Source: Chiloscyllium plagiosum (lineage: Eukaryota). Taken from it: DNA of 64,000 bases. Positions 51,730 to 64,000 of this stretch are shown piece after piece. The stretch lies in NCBI RefSeq assembly GCF_004010195.1, contig NC_057720.1, forward strand, positions 20,290,092 to 20,354,091, written 5' to 3'. The notes beneath the pieces are model-generated. The model was not told where the DNA came from. It searched no databases and saw only the letters and a program-made list of their open reading frames with translations. Made by a program: the position numbers and the translations under genes. The stretch's first letter is position 1; each line of letters begins with the position of its first letter.

Positions 51730-52197
51730 ACACATTACGGGATGTAAAATAACCAGTTTCTGGGTGGGGATGCTGCAATGTACTGTTCTAAAAAAAAGTC
51801 CCTGATGGGCTCTACAAAGTCATCTTCCAAGCTAACACTGCCCATGTGATTTATCTAATCAATGTGCAGATTAAAATCACCCATCAAATTTAAGTGCCTT
51901 TCTGACACTCTTCCAGTATTTTCAAATTTACACTTTGTTCCACAGTGAGGTAACTCTTTCGGGACCTATTGACAGTGCAGCCTATGACTTCCATCCCTTA
52001 CTATTCCTTATTTCCACCAAAACTTATTCCACATCACAATCTATTGTATCTATATCACTACTCACCATCACACGAATACTTCCCTTAACTAACAAAGGTA
52101 CACCACCTCCTCTTCCTTTTCGTTCTTCTGGGTGGATGAAGGCTTTTGAATTTTGAGTTCCCAGCCTTTGTCACCCTACATCCATGTCTCTCTAATA

Positions 52198-52442
52198 GCT
52201 AAACAAAAACCGAAAGAACTACAGGTGCTGTAAATCAGAGACAAGAATAGGAATTGCAGGAAAAATCTCAGAAGGTCTGGCAGCATCTGTGGAGAAAAAT
52301 CAAAGTTAACATTTCGGGTTGAGTGACCCTTCCTCGGAATCTCTGAGGTTCTGAGGAAGGTCACTCAACCCAAAACTTTAACTCCGATTTCTATCCACAG
52401 ATGTTGCCAGACCGTCTGAACCTTTCCAGTGATTCTTATTTT
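52198..52442. mobile_element. Penelope-derived fold-back element (older)
   Basis: Inverted arms around 52340; flanking direct repeat TGTCTCTCTAATA (52185-52197 / 52443-52455). Confidence 0.8.
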
Positions 52443-52576
52443 TGTCTCTCTAATATCTATCAAGATATATTCTTTTATATCTGTTTGTGCCGTCAAATCA
52501 TCAAGCTTTTACAAACACTGCTTGCATTCAGGTAAAGTGCAGGAGTTTTCACTTTTCCCATTATTCCATGATATAG

Positions 52577-52940
52577 GGTCTGTGATTTCAAGTTGTAGAG
52601 TCATAGAGATGTATAGCACGGAAATAGACACTTCGGTCCAATTCATCCAAGCTGACCAGATATCCCACATTAATCTAGTCCCATTTGCCAGCACTTGGCC
52701 CATACCTTTCCTATTCATATACCCATCCAGATGCCTTTTTAATGTTGCAATTGTATCCAATTGCAATTGTAAGTGTAAGTGCATCCACCACTTCCTCTGA
52801 TAGCTCATTCCATACATGCACCACCCTCTACATGAAAAGGTTGCCCTTATGTCTCTTTTAAATCTTTCCCTCACACCTTAAACCTATGTGCTCTAGTTTT
52901 GGACTCCTCCACCCTAGGGAAAAGACTTTGTCCATTTATT
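52577..52940 (-). mobile_element. CR1 3' end
   Basis: TLKRHLDGYMNRKG; CTCTATGA tail. Confidence 0.88.
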
Positions 52941-53394
52941 TGAAGCTAGAAATGTTTAAGCTCAGGTTATATCTCCAGGAAATGACAATCAGGTCTTCCA
53001 GACTGGGAGTCAAAGTCAAAGTTAAATTGTGTGAGTACTACACAAGGGATATTTTTGAGTACTGTGTAGAGATGTTTTGGGGATCTGTAAAGGAGTGTTT
53101 TGGAATTAATGGGATTTGATTTGTTGTTAAAATAAAAAAAACACATTTGCGTACTCATGTTTCACTGAGAGATTACCTCACTGAAATGACGACAAAACAA
53201 AATATGACCTAACAAACAAGATTTCAGTCTCGGATCTGTCTTATTCATAATAGCATCAGCTGAGATCACAGCAATTACTTATTCTAGTTCTACTTTCTGC
53301 CAGACTCTTCTGCATATATTTTCTACACATTCCCATCACATTTTGATTATCATTTACTTCTTCACCACACTGCATCTCTGTGATCTAATTTCTT

Positions 53395-53716
53395 ATTGCT
53401 ATTGTTAATTTCAATAACCTTATCTACAACCCTACTTGTACAACTCTCTGGTGCCAGCAAGATTCAAATGAAGCCCGTCCCAGCGGATCAGCTCTCTCTT
53501 TCCTCAGTCCTGGTGCCAGTGCTCCATGAATTGGAACCCATTTCTCCCACACCAATTCTTCACACACATATTTGCCCCACTGATCTTATTATCCTGAAGC
53601 CAATTTGTTCGTGGCTCAGGTAACAACCTGGAGATTTTGATTTCTGCTTTTTGATTTAGCCTCGAGTAGCTCATAATCTGCCTGTAGAACCTTTGTCCTG
53701 GTCCTACCAATGTCAT
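53395..53716 (-). mobile_element. CR1 ORF1 esterase (SGNH-like) fragment
   Basis: IKISRLLPEP..NKISGANMCVKNWCGRNGFQFMEHW; continues at about 54354-54420 after the LTR-like insertion. Confidence 0.7.
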
Positions 53717-54353
53717 TGCTATGGACCAGGCCAGGCCCCCTCAAAACATTTCAAGCCAGTATCCCAGACCCTAACTTGGCTAGTTGTTTTAAGCAGGTGT
53801 ACAGTGGATACTCCAGGAGAGATGCAGCTGGTCAAACCACTTAGTTTTAAACAAAACAGAATTTATTTACAAAATTACCGAATGAAACACAAGCAAAAGA
53901 GAACAGAATACCGAATAACTTAACCTTTCCGAAAACCCAACGGACTATCCTAACGTAATGATGCTGTTTCAAATTCCTGCAACAATCCCCATAAACCCTC
54001 CTTGGCAAAAAAGATAAAATCAAACACGGGGTCTTGCAGGAGAGCGAGAGAGAGAGATAGAGAGAGATATGACAGAGGGACCGAGCCTTCTTCTCTACAG
54101 CTGTTTCTTGATCCAGCAGCCTCAAATTGAACTGACCGCTTTCAGTGAACAGCCAGACTGCTCAAACCAAACCAAACCAAACCAGAGAAAAGCTGAGCTG
54201 GGAGAACTTTCATTTAACAAGTTTTTTTTAAAAAACCTGAAAACGTTCTCAAGTAAATCAACCCAGACATTTCAGAATCTGTGTCTTTACAAACTCCTGA
54301 AGGAAAAAACAAGGACAACCTAACTTTGTTAAAGGAGCAGCATCATCGCAACA
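53717..54353 (-). mobile_element. LTR-like insertion (~640 bp)
   Basis: TG..CA ends, minus-strand AATAAA, interrupts the CR1 ORF1 fragment; no clear TSD. Confidence 0.55.
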
Positions 54354-55770
54354 TATATAGACCACGCCAAGTAGATCCCTCCCCTCCCAATCCAAGTTCC
54401 TCTCCAGTCTAGAAGAGGTGTCCGAGAGGTCTTCCTTGCTGTTTTTATCTCCCACCACTGCCCTTCTCACACCAGTCCCCTCCTCGCGTGCTGGGCCTCC
54501 CTCTCTGGTGCTGCATTTTATCTCTCACTTTGTCACTCAGGACTACTCTACATGTCTATAGGTTCAATATAGGAAATCGTTGCGGGAAGTGAAGAATGTG
54601 AGTTTTATCCTTGTTAGGGTTAAGCGCTTGTGAAAGATCAGGCTCATGCTGTTGTCACTTTGAACTTAGACACAAGTTCTTGTGACAGGTACAGAGCTTG
54701 ATGTGACAATCATCATTGATCTCCCGGCGTCTGAGGAAATGGGATTACATAGAGGTGTGGCATTTGCATCTCTGAAGCAGGGAATGACTGGTCTAAGAGC
54801 TAACAGACTCTTGAACTGCAGCAACGTTCAGGGGTACAGACAGCAAATTGGAGTTGAAGTCATATTCAGATCAGGCAGGATGTTAGCGAATGGCAGAATA
54901 TACCTCAGGAGCAATGGCCTGCTCCTGCTCATTTTTCTTCTTCAGTTTTTTGAGACACTTGGAGTACTGTGTGCAGTTTGGTCTCTATAGGAGGATATAC
55001 TTCCATTTAAAGCAGGATAGCACCAATTTACTCGTTAGGTTACTGGGATGCCCTGTGTTGAATAATTGAATTTAGACTGCCTACAATTTAGAAAAATAAG
55101 CAATTGATGCCATTTGTGGTTAATTATATACTTTATCCCAAATAATAGTCAGGTTCTTCTTAAGTCAGATATCTGAAGTTTACTATGTATTTACAAGGCA
55201 ATAATTTCAGAGTTACACATATAATCTGGGTACTATGCTTACTGATATTGCTGTATATGACTGACTGGTGAAACTTGCTGCATTAAACAAAGAGAGAAGC
55301 TGAAGGTAAAGTCCGTACCTGTGTACAGGAACATTGCATTTCATGATTTTGCCTTAAAGGTACAGGCTTGTCTGGTCTAGAATCTTTGTCGTAATATACA
55401 CAATCCCTTGCATTTTCCTTTAATAAATGGGAACTCTATTCTAATAACAGATAGAAGGTGAAAAAATGGATTTGTCTCCTTACATTCAGATAATGCCTTG
55501 GTGGATATGCAGCATAACTAGATCTAGTTCTTACACACTCTCATGACTTGGTAGTGTAGCTTCTTTCTGTGGTGTGCTATCATTATAGGTGGATGCCTGT
55601 CATTTGTTATAGATACATGGCGGTTGTCTGGCATGATGTCTTCAGCATTCGAGTCAGGGTCTTGTATGACATGGTCAATAATGTGCAGTTTGGGTATTGG
55701 TCTATTTCTTCGCAGGACTTGACCATGGTTCATTACAATGTTATATGACCTCAGCTGGATAGAATGATGT

Positions 55771-55960
55771 ACAGAGGAACCTTGATTATCCGTACAAGAA
55801 GGAAGGGCACTATTTCATTCGGATAATCAATTATTTGGTTAATCAATTAAATGCCTTTACTCTGGGGCTTGGAGTTTTTTAAGTCTGCTCCCTGTTCAGG
55901 ACACACACAGCACACCACGCGCGAGCCCCCGCCTCCAAACCCCATCCAACACCTCCCCAC
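55771..55960 (+). mobile_element. pogo/Tigger-like MITE left end
   Basis: TA followed by CAGAGGAACCTTGATTATCCG, resembling a pogo-type TIR; partner TIR not found. Confidence 0.45.
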
Positions 55961-56173
55961 CCAAATTAAAACTGGCACAATTAATCATTTGTTTTTTGAA
56001 AAAAAATATTTAATATGACAATCATTCACTGAAATGTGATCACATGAGGTTGTAGTGTTTCTTTTAAAAAACAGTTTAAAACATAAAAGACAACGAAAGA
56101 CAGATATCTAAATATAAAACAATTTTAAAAAAAAATCTTAAAACCAATCTTAAAAACAAAGATTTAGTCTATT

Positions 56174-56896
56174 TACTCCATCACTTTACAGCAATTGAAA
56201 TCCAGAGAAACTAGACCTCTATCAAATCTTGAAGTGGAACTGAACTGGTTCTGTCCAGTTTTGATTTGTGAACTGTGATGAATGCATTAGTACTCACAAT
56301 ACCGATAGCTTAGACTTTGTCAGCTTCTAATGACCTGCACATTTTTAATCAAACAATCCTGATTTGGAAATGTTTTAAAATAAACTTTTACCTTGTGATA
56401 ATTGTGCCTTCTCTGAACTGTCCTGCACTCCTTTTAAGATGAGCAGTTTTATTTGCTTCTGATACTAGTTAGGTCTTCTCTAAACTGCTCCAAAATCTTC
56501 GTTCCATAGGTTTTCAATCCTTACTTATTCTGAACAAAAAGCAAGCTAATGGCCTTCAAAATTTACTCTTACCTATTGTCAACAACCATAGTTAAAAACA
56601 ATTTTCCATTTACACTTGAGGGGTTCCTACTGTCTGACACATACTGGATTAGGTCACTTCCAGAATGAGTGTCTGATCTGTACATCTGAAAGTAACCAAT
56701 ACCATATGCCACAATTTTAAAATCCAAACTCTAAAATTTATATTAGGCACCTTTCAACACAGTGATTAGACGGCCTGAAGGATGAACTGTGTGGACCTGT
56801 CTCCTAAATATGGGGGTTATGATAAGAATAAAATATTCCCTAGAGGGGCAGCACATTGATAAAATACTGATGGCATGTGCAATAGCAGCAGAATCT
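56174..56896 (-). pseudogene. Possible decayed short-intron gene
   Basis: Three GT-AG gaps of 65, 43 and 57 bp; phases compatible across the last two; several in-frame stops. Confidence 0.25.
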
Positions 56897-57312
56897 CTGA
56901 AAGAAATCTAAATAAATAATGAGGAAATCCTAACAAACCCTTAAAAAAGGAAAAGGCAAAACATATTGGTGAAGAAAAAGAAAACTCTGTTAAATAAAGT
57001 TGTTTTTTTTTATTTTTATAAATTTAAAAAAGTCAGAGGTGAACATTCAACAGTAGAATTTGTCATTGGATGGTTGATGTCAGCAGACACTGCCTAGAAA
57101 TAACATAGCTATTCAAAGAATCTTGGCAAGTTACTTTACTTTTAATTATGGTTTTTAACGAATGAGAAGTGTATCCTGGAAAACCATTCAACTGAAGATA
57201 ATGAGAAGACATAATATGTTGAACACCCCATTTCCTGCAATTGTCTTGTGTCATGCAAATCAAAAAACTGAAATGAGGTCTCCTGTGGATCTTATCCTGG
57301 ACTGGAGATGTG

Positions 57313-57652
57313 ATGGCACGGTGACTCAATGATTAGCACTGCTGCCTCACCGTGCCAGGGATCTGGGTTCGATTCTAGCCTCTGGCGACTGTCTGTGTGG
57401 AGTTTGCACACTCTCCCCATATCTGCATGGGTTTCATCTGGGTGCGCTGGTTTCCTTCCACACTCCAAAGATGTGCTGGTTAGGTGGATTGGCTGTGCTA
57501 AATTACTCATAGTATCCAGGGATGTGCAGGCTAGATGGGTTAGCCATTGGAAATGCAGGGCGGGTAGGGGGTGTGTCTGGGTGGGATGCTCTTTAGAGGA
57601 TCATTGTAGATCGATGGGCCAAATGACTTGCTTCCAAATTGCAGGGACTCTG
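57313..57652 (+). mobile_element. HE1-type SINE
   Basis: GGCACGGTGACTCAATGATTAGCACTGCTGCCTCAC head and core. Confidence 0.88.
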
Positions 57653-58124
57653 ATTCCAACTGCAGAACCAAGAATCTCCAAATAGCCTCTCAACTGACAA
57701 AGCCAGCACTGTTGTAATCATGCACCTCAACAACCTCGAGGTTTCACAATGTATTGATCATGGACAAGACAAAGACTGATACAGACATATCTTTACATTT
57801 GTTTTTACATTTTGGACTCACTTCTCATTCCCAAACTGTGTGTATGTGTGTCGACTTTCATTATCTCTTCTTAATGGTTCATAAATTCATTTTTCCTTTA
57901 ACTCAAGAAAGCTTGGTGAAATGTGCTCCTTTTAAAGCAGAACTTTACTTGGGCTAGGAAAAGGTATTCATAGGAAGCAATCTTTCTTGAATTAATCTTG
58001 TTGCAACCAACTGAGGGAAAGGTTAAGTAAAGAGAGAGATCTAGTCCATCCCTCCACACTGCAGACTGTTGTCAGACACAGTTGGTTGAGGTACACTAAA
58101 TTTAATGAGTATAGTAGTCACTTG

Positions 58125-59545
58125 TAGAATCATACAGTACAGAAAAGGGCCTGAAGCCCATCGACGCTGTAAAGCCAAAAAACGTGTCTACCTATTCTAG
58201 TCCACCTTTCCTGCACTAGGCTCATGAGCTTGAATAGTATTACACTTCAAGTGCTCATCCAAATACCTCAACCACCTTCCCAGGCTGTGTGTTCTAGATC
58301 CCCACTCTTTTCTGAGTGAAAATATTTTTTCTCAATTCTTTCCAAACCTCCTGCTTTTCACTTTAAAGTTATGCCCCTTTGTTATTGATCCTTCAGCTAA
58401 CAGGAAGAGTTGCTTTCTATTCATGCCCCTCATATCTTGCACACCTCTATCAGATGCTCTGTTAACCTTCCCTGCTCCAAAGAAAACAACATGAGCTTAT
58501 CCAGCCTCTCTTCATTGCTGAAAAACTCCATTGAGGCAACATCTCCTCTGCACCCTGTCCAGTGCAACCACAGCCTTGCCTTTAGTGCAGTGACCAGAAC
58601 TGCACACAGTACTCCAGCTGTGGATAAGTCAAAGTTTTGTCAAGCTTCAACAGAATCTCCCAGCACTTATAATCTATGAAATGATTGATAAAAGCAAGCA
58701 TCCCATATGCCTTCTTAACCATTCTACTAACCTGTCCTACTAACTTCACAGATCTGTGGTCAAAGGTTCCGAGATCACTATTCCTCTGAGCTTTCTAGTG
58801 TTCTGCCACTCATTGAGTACTACATTATGTTGCTCCTTCTTCCAAAGTACATCACCTTGCATTTATCTGGGTTCAGTTCCATCTGCTACTCATCTGCCCA
58901 TCTGAAAAATCAGCCTATACCCTCCAGTAACCTAATACCTTCCTCCTCACTGTCAACAACCCAGTGAATCTTTGTCATCCACAAACATATATATTATCAC
59001 CACCGCCAACTGCACCCCCCCCCCCCCCCCACATTCTCCTCTGCATCATTTATGAATATTACAAACAAAGAGGACCAATGCTGATCCCTGCTGTGCACCA
59101 ATGCATACCGTGCTCCAGTCACACAAACAGCCTTCTACTACCACCCTCTGTCTCCTGTCATTAAATCACTTTTAGATCCAGCTTGTCAGGCTACCCTGGG
59201 TGCCACACGCTTTTACCTTCTCTATCAGTCTCCCATGTGCAGCTTTGTCAAAGGCCTTGTTGAAATCCATACAAACTCCATCAACTACACTACCCTCTTC
59301 TGCACACTTGGTGACCTCCTCGAAAAATTCAACTAGATTGTTAGGCATGGGCTTCCCTTTGACAAAGTCATGTTGACTCCCCCTGATCAAAATTTACCTT
59401 TCTAAATGGAGACTAATTTTCCCATTTTCTCCAATGGTTTCCTTGCCACTGATTAAAAAGATCTATAATTCTCTGTTTACTTCTTCCACTTTCCTTGGAA
59501 AGTAGAGCCATATTAGCTACCCTCCAGTCCTCTGGCATTTTGCCC
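58125..59545 (-). mobile_element. CR1 LINE fragment (degraded RT)
   Basis: SQHDFVKGK..NLVEFFEEVT..MDFNKAFDK. Confidence 0.88.
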
Positions 59546-60671
59546 GTAGTCAAAGATTTGGTCCATATAATTTCTTACCTCATCTCCCATAGCAGCCTGG
59601 GGTTTGTCCACTTTTGCAGTTGTCCACAATGTGTCAACCACCATCACACTAGCTGTTTGATTTGTCGCACAAAAGGAAATTTTATGAAAGTATGAACAAA
59701 ATTACAAAGTTGATGATAGGAATGTCTTCCAGTTCATCCATATGCGATAATATCTATTTGTCAGTTTGTTGGCAGTGGGGTTTGGAAACTGGCAAAGAAC
59801 AATGGAGATGGCCATTTAGAAATCTAACTGGTATTGTGCTTCTAAATCATACCATTTCATCTTCACAAGTAAATGTAGTTACGGAAGCTGAAGATGTTTG
59901 ACAGATCATTTCTAAGGGGTTGTAGCCTGTATGAACAATTAAATGCTTATCAGTTAGTCATGTATGAGACTCTTGTGTCCAGAAAACTACAGCTGGAATC
60001 TGTCTTTCATTGTAGGAGTAGCTGCCCTAAGCTGTTGTAAGGTCTTGAGAACGAAATCCAATCTTTCTGGGATGCGGCCATGTGGCCATGTCAACAGAAT
60101 CATAATTTTGAAGTACACATGGACCGTATTTTCAAGAGATTGACAAACATGCCGGTGATCTTTCTAACAAATGTGTGGTAAGTTTTTGCAGAAAGGATCT
60201 TGAAGAAGAGATTGAGCTTGAGAAAATGCTTGACACTTGTGATTCAGGTCTTAAAGGAATTTTGCATGAAGATCTGATTTGGATGTTGATATCATTAAGG
60301 GAAATGGTGGATCAATGACAACTTCACACAGGGAAGCCTTTACAATGCACAAAACTGATTTTTTTTCTCTTGTTTTAAACTGTATTTTCTTCAATGAACA
60401 CTTTGAAGCTGTTCTTTCAAGACCATTAAAAAGACTTTTTTTAGATAAAATCAGAAGTCTCTTTTATTTGTTTTACAGAGAGATTGAATACGCTGAAAAA
60501 GAATCACTGGACCCAAAATGTTAACTCTGATTTCTCTCCACAGATGTTGCCAGATCTGCTGAGATTTTCCAACCAATTCTGCTTTAGTTTGAGGTTGAAT
60601 TATTCACTGTGCTTCAGTACAGATTTATAGACTTTAGTTTTAGTTGTATTTGTTAAGTTCAGCTCTGAACA

Positions 60672-60905
60672 TTTCACGCAGAGGGTGGTACGCGTATGGA
60701 ATGAGCTGCCAGAGGATGTGGTGGAGGCTGGTAAAATTGCAACATTTAAAGGGCATTTGGATGGGTATATGAATTGGAAGGGTTTGGAGGGATATGGGCC
60801 AGATGCTGGCAGGTGGGACTAGATTGGGTTGGGATATCTGGTCGGCATGGGCGGGTTGGACCGAAGGGTCTGTTTCCATACTGTACGTCTCGATGACTCT
60901 ATGAC
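60672..60905 (+). mobile_element. CR1 3' end
   Basis: Near-identical to 30350-30578. Confidence 0.92.
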
Positions 60906-62789
60906 ATTGATGGCTGACAGTTAGAGAAAAAATGATTTCTCACAGCTGTGACATTGTTACTTTTTCCACATTTAACGATCACCAATGGCCACTAGTTACA
61001 TGTCATGACTAGCTGTTAGCAACTACTAGTACCTATGTGTTGCCACCATTTTTAATGTGTTAGCCTGCAAAACAGATATCACACACTTTTTGGCTCTGTG
61101 AGTTAGTTATTGGAATTTTTTTTAGAAGATTAACAATGATACAATATCATAGATGTGCACACATAGTCTGGGTTCTGTGGCTACTGATGTCTCTGTACAT
61201 TATACACAGACAGCTGACTGACTGCACTGATTGCATTACACAGAAAGAGTAACTGAAGATGACCTGGTAACCTGGATGCCAGAATGTCACATGATGTGAT
61301 GTCGTGTAACTGTCTCAGAGGCACAGGACCATCCAACAATGATCTAACCCAAATAAATAAGGCTCTGGGAGGCTTGGCACGGCAGTCTTGGGTGGGCAAT
61401 CTAGAACATAAGAGCTATAAAGGGTCAATCATTTCCAACTGAAATAAGGAGAAGAGTCCTCACTCGGAGGATTGCGTGTCTTTGAAACTGTTCATCCCTC
61501 AGAGCTTGGAAGTTCTATCTAAAATGTATAAAGTCAAGGAAGATATAGTTTTGCAAAGGATATTCCAAGTCATTGACCAAGTGGGGTTAAGGCTGAAGGT
61601 TAACCATGATTGTAGTAACTGATGGAGCAGGGCTCGAAGGTTGTAAGTTGCGTTGCTGCTCTATTTCCTCTGCTTGTTATGTTAACTCGCCTCCATATAT
61701 TAGCTTTTAAATTGGAATGGAGGCAATTAAATGAACAAGAGAAAGGCTCTGTCAAAATGGTTAACAAAGATATGACACATTAAGGTATTGTGTTGATACA
61801 TTAATTCCCACCCACATAATTTCCAGTTTAATAATTTCTGGCAGTTTTCTTTTAGATTCACATCCTCCTAACCATTTCAGCAACACCAGTGATGAAATAA
61901 GTACTGTTGCAACATTGTTGTATTACAGGAAGAACTAGTTCAATCTTAGAAATTTAGAAAATGGAATATTTGACTAGTGAGAGGGTTTTCTGGAGCCGAC
62001 CCACTCCTGTGCAGTCACCTTACTTTGATAAAGACCCTTCCCCCACGGTGATAAGATCGCAAATCAACAAGCCTCCCCCTTAACCCAATAGTCCAGGACT
62101 GAGCTGGGAGAAAGGGCTGCCCCACTTTGCAGTTACTTTTCATGTCAAAAGTTACAATAACGCATGTGCATGATCATATTTGGACAGACAGTTAAGTCCT
62201 TATAAGAGACATAGTTGCTTTCATTTGTAGAATGGCTTTGACAAAGGGTCAGCTAGACTCGAAACGTCAGCTCTTTTCTCTCCTTACAGATGCTGCCAGA
62301 CCTGCTGAGATTTTCCAGCATTTCTCTTTTGCCCACAGTAATAACATTTGCATAACATCCACACGTAGTAACCTGACTCACCATTGCTCACTGATTGTTG
62401 GCTCAATATTGGAAAATTTAGTGACATTTCAGTGCATCACAGATAAGTCCAATCATCCAGGATTTTTCATTCAAAAAGGGAAATAAGATACACCTTTCAA
62501 AGAAACATGTTTCCCAACTAAAATCTGATAAAACAGAACTGTTTAGAGTTGTGAAGCAATGCTAAGCATTTATCTTCCCTGCTGAACATGACACCATCAC
62601 CAAGGATTGTTATTCTCTCTGTAATATCACAAAGCTGCTTGACCTTTGTAATGTAGGCAATACAAGAGCCAAATGTACCATAGCAAGGTCCCAAAAACAA
62701 TAATGAGATAAATGATTAGTTAAATTCTTGCTGTTGCTATTTGTGGAGGAAGGAAGGTCATTCAGATACTGGCGCATCTCTCTCAATGT

Positions 62790-63210
62790 GGAGTTAGTTA
62801 ACTCCATTGACTGGGCAACTGGTTTATGATGCAGTATAGGTTGAATTCCTGCATTGGCTGAATTTACCATGAAGGCCCCCTCTCGTCAATCTGGCTCTTT
62901 GCCCAAACTGTGCTCACCCTCAGGTTAACCTCGCCATCAGTTGTCTCTCTACAATACAGGAGCAGCCCTGTGCAACTATAGGCATTAGTTAGCTTGGTTG
63001 ACTGGACTTAGCTCAGTAATACCAATCGTGCAGGTTCAATTCTTGCACCATTGAAGTTACTGTCAAGTAAGCATTACCATGAAGGACTCTTACTCTTAAC
63101 CTTTCCCCTCACGTGAGGCATGGTGACCCTCAGGTTTAATTACCACCAGTCATCTCTCTAATCAGAGAGCAGCCATATGGTCTGGTAAAGCTATGGTGAC
63201 TTTACCTTTT
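62790..63210 (+). mobile_element. Two tandem copies of a tRNA-derived SINE
   Basis: Repeated GGTT.AATTC.TGCA..TTACCATGAAGG..ACCCTCAGGTT..CAGT..TCTCTCTA..AGCAGCC. Confidence 0.65.
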
Positions 63211-63621
63211 ATTGACAGCATAGCTGCATCGTTACCATTAATGCTCCGTCTGTCTCTCTCTCTGACACCATTTGCCTTTGCCCATATAAATATATTTTTC
63301 TATTGCCATCCAGTTACTGGTGCTCCCAGCATGAAATAAGCTGCGGGATCACCATCAGTTTGTGGATGGATTACTTAGGCCTGAATCATGTCACCAGGTA
63401 AGGGAGGTCCATGATGTCAAATTAAATCTAGCGCAACATGTCCAATTGTGGGGAAAAGCAAACGATGGACCATCGATGTTAGATATTGATCAAGAAAACC
63501 AATAGAGAAGTAAAAAGAAACACCCTTAACCAACGAGTGATGAGAGTTAGAACTTGCTACCTCATGCAGTGGTTGAAGAGAATAGCATGGAGGACGAATT
63601 GGATAAGCATTTTTTTAACCA

Positions 63622-63965
63622 TTCATTCATGGGATGTGCTTGTCGTTGGTTAAGTCAGCATTTATTGCCTGTCTGTAGTTGCCCTTGAGAAGGTGGTGGT
63701 GAGCTGTCTTCTTAAACTGTTGCAGTCCATGGGCTGTAGGTTGTCCCACAATGCCCTTAGGGAGGGACTTCCAGAATTTTGACCCAGTGACATTGAAGGA
63801 ACGGCAATGTATTTCCAAGTCAGTATGGTGAGTAGCTTGGAGGGAAAGTTGCAGGTGGTGGTGTTCCCATATACCTGGTGCCTTTGTGCTTCTAGATGGT
63901 GGTGGGCATGGTTTCGGAAGGTGCTGTCTAAGGAGCACAGATGAATTTTGGCGATGCATCTTATA
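63622..63965 (-). mobile_element. CR1-group (L2/Crack-like) LINE 3' end
   Basis: FWKSLPKGIVG..GLQQFKKTAHHHLLKG C-terminus and 3' tail. Confidence 0.7.
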
Positions 63966-64000
63966 GAACATCGAACAATACAGAGCAGAACAGGCCCTTT

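Larger units (their letters stand above)
49670..52560 (-). mobile_element. Old degraded CR1 LINE region
   Basis: Remnants LRKDILALEEVQ and WLTKVVMDNI..K..TY; contains younger Penelope insertions. Confidence 0.7.

Noticed and set aside
55524..55733. Overlapping open frames on both strands
   Set aside because: They are short, have no recognisable homology and lack convincing paired splice sites.
60100..60320. Possible exon ending GTG/GTAAGT and an adjacent open frame
   Set aside because: The acceptor is weak and the peptide is not recognised.

Overview
This is repeat-saturated cartilaginous-fish (shark) genomic DNA, inferred from HE1-type SINEs and HER1/CR1 LINEs, and it is probably intronic or intergenic. 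I recognise no intact host protein-coding gene; the long ORFs are retroelement remnants (CR1, Tx1/L1, Penelope-like with GIY-YIG endonuclease). The most unusual structure is 14003-20540. There, a small (~230-bp) LTR is split at its TATA box and expanded to ~6.5 kb by many co-oriented, A-tailed insertions. These comprise about 13 variably truncated copies of a ~130-nt three-hairpin unit, a ~1.8-kb non-coding G-rich element and a possible 3' transduction. Each insertion resumes at the same AA(C)CAGGAG LTR site, and the array includes a 2.3-kb tandem duplication. An uninterrupted relative of the LTR (46802-47029, 5-bp TSD) serves as the reference. The window also holds many short Penelope-derived elements with minimal hammerhead ribozyme cores; several are TSD-flanked fold-backs with a core on each strand. 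Weaker candidates are a short-intron pseudogene (56174-56896, minus strand) and a few isolated splice-site signatures. Boundaries of degraded repeats are approximate, and no database search was possible.
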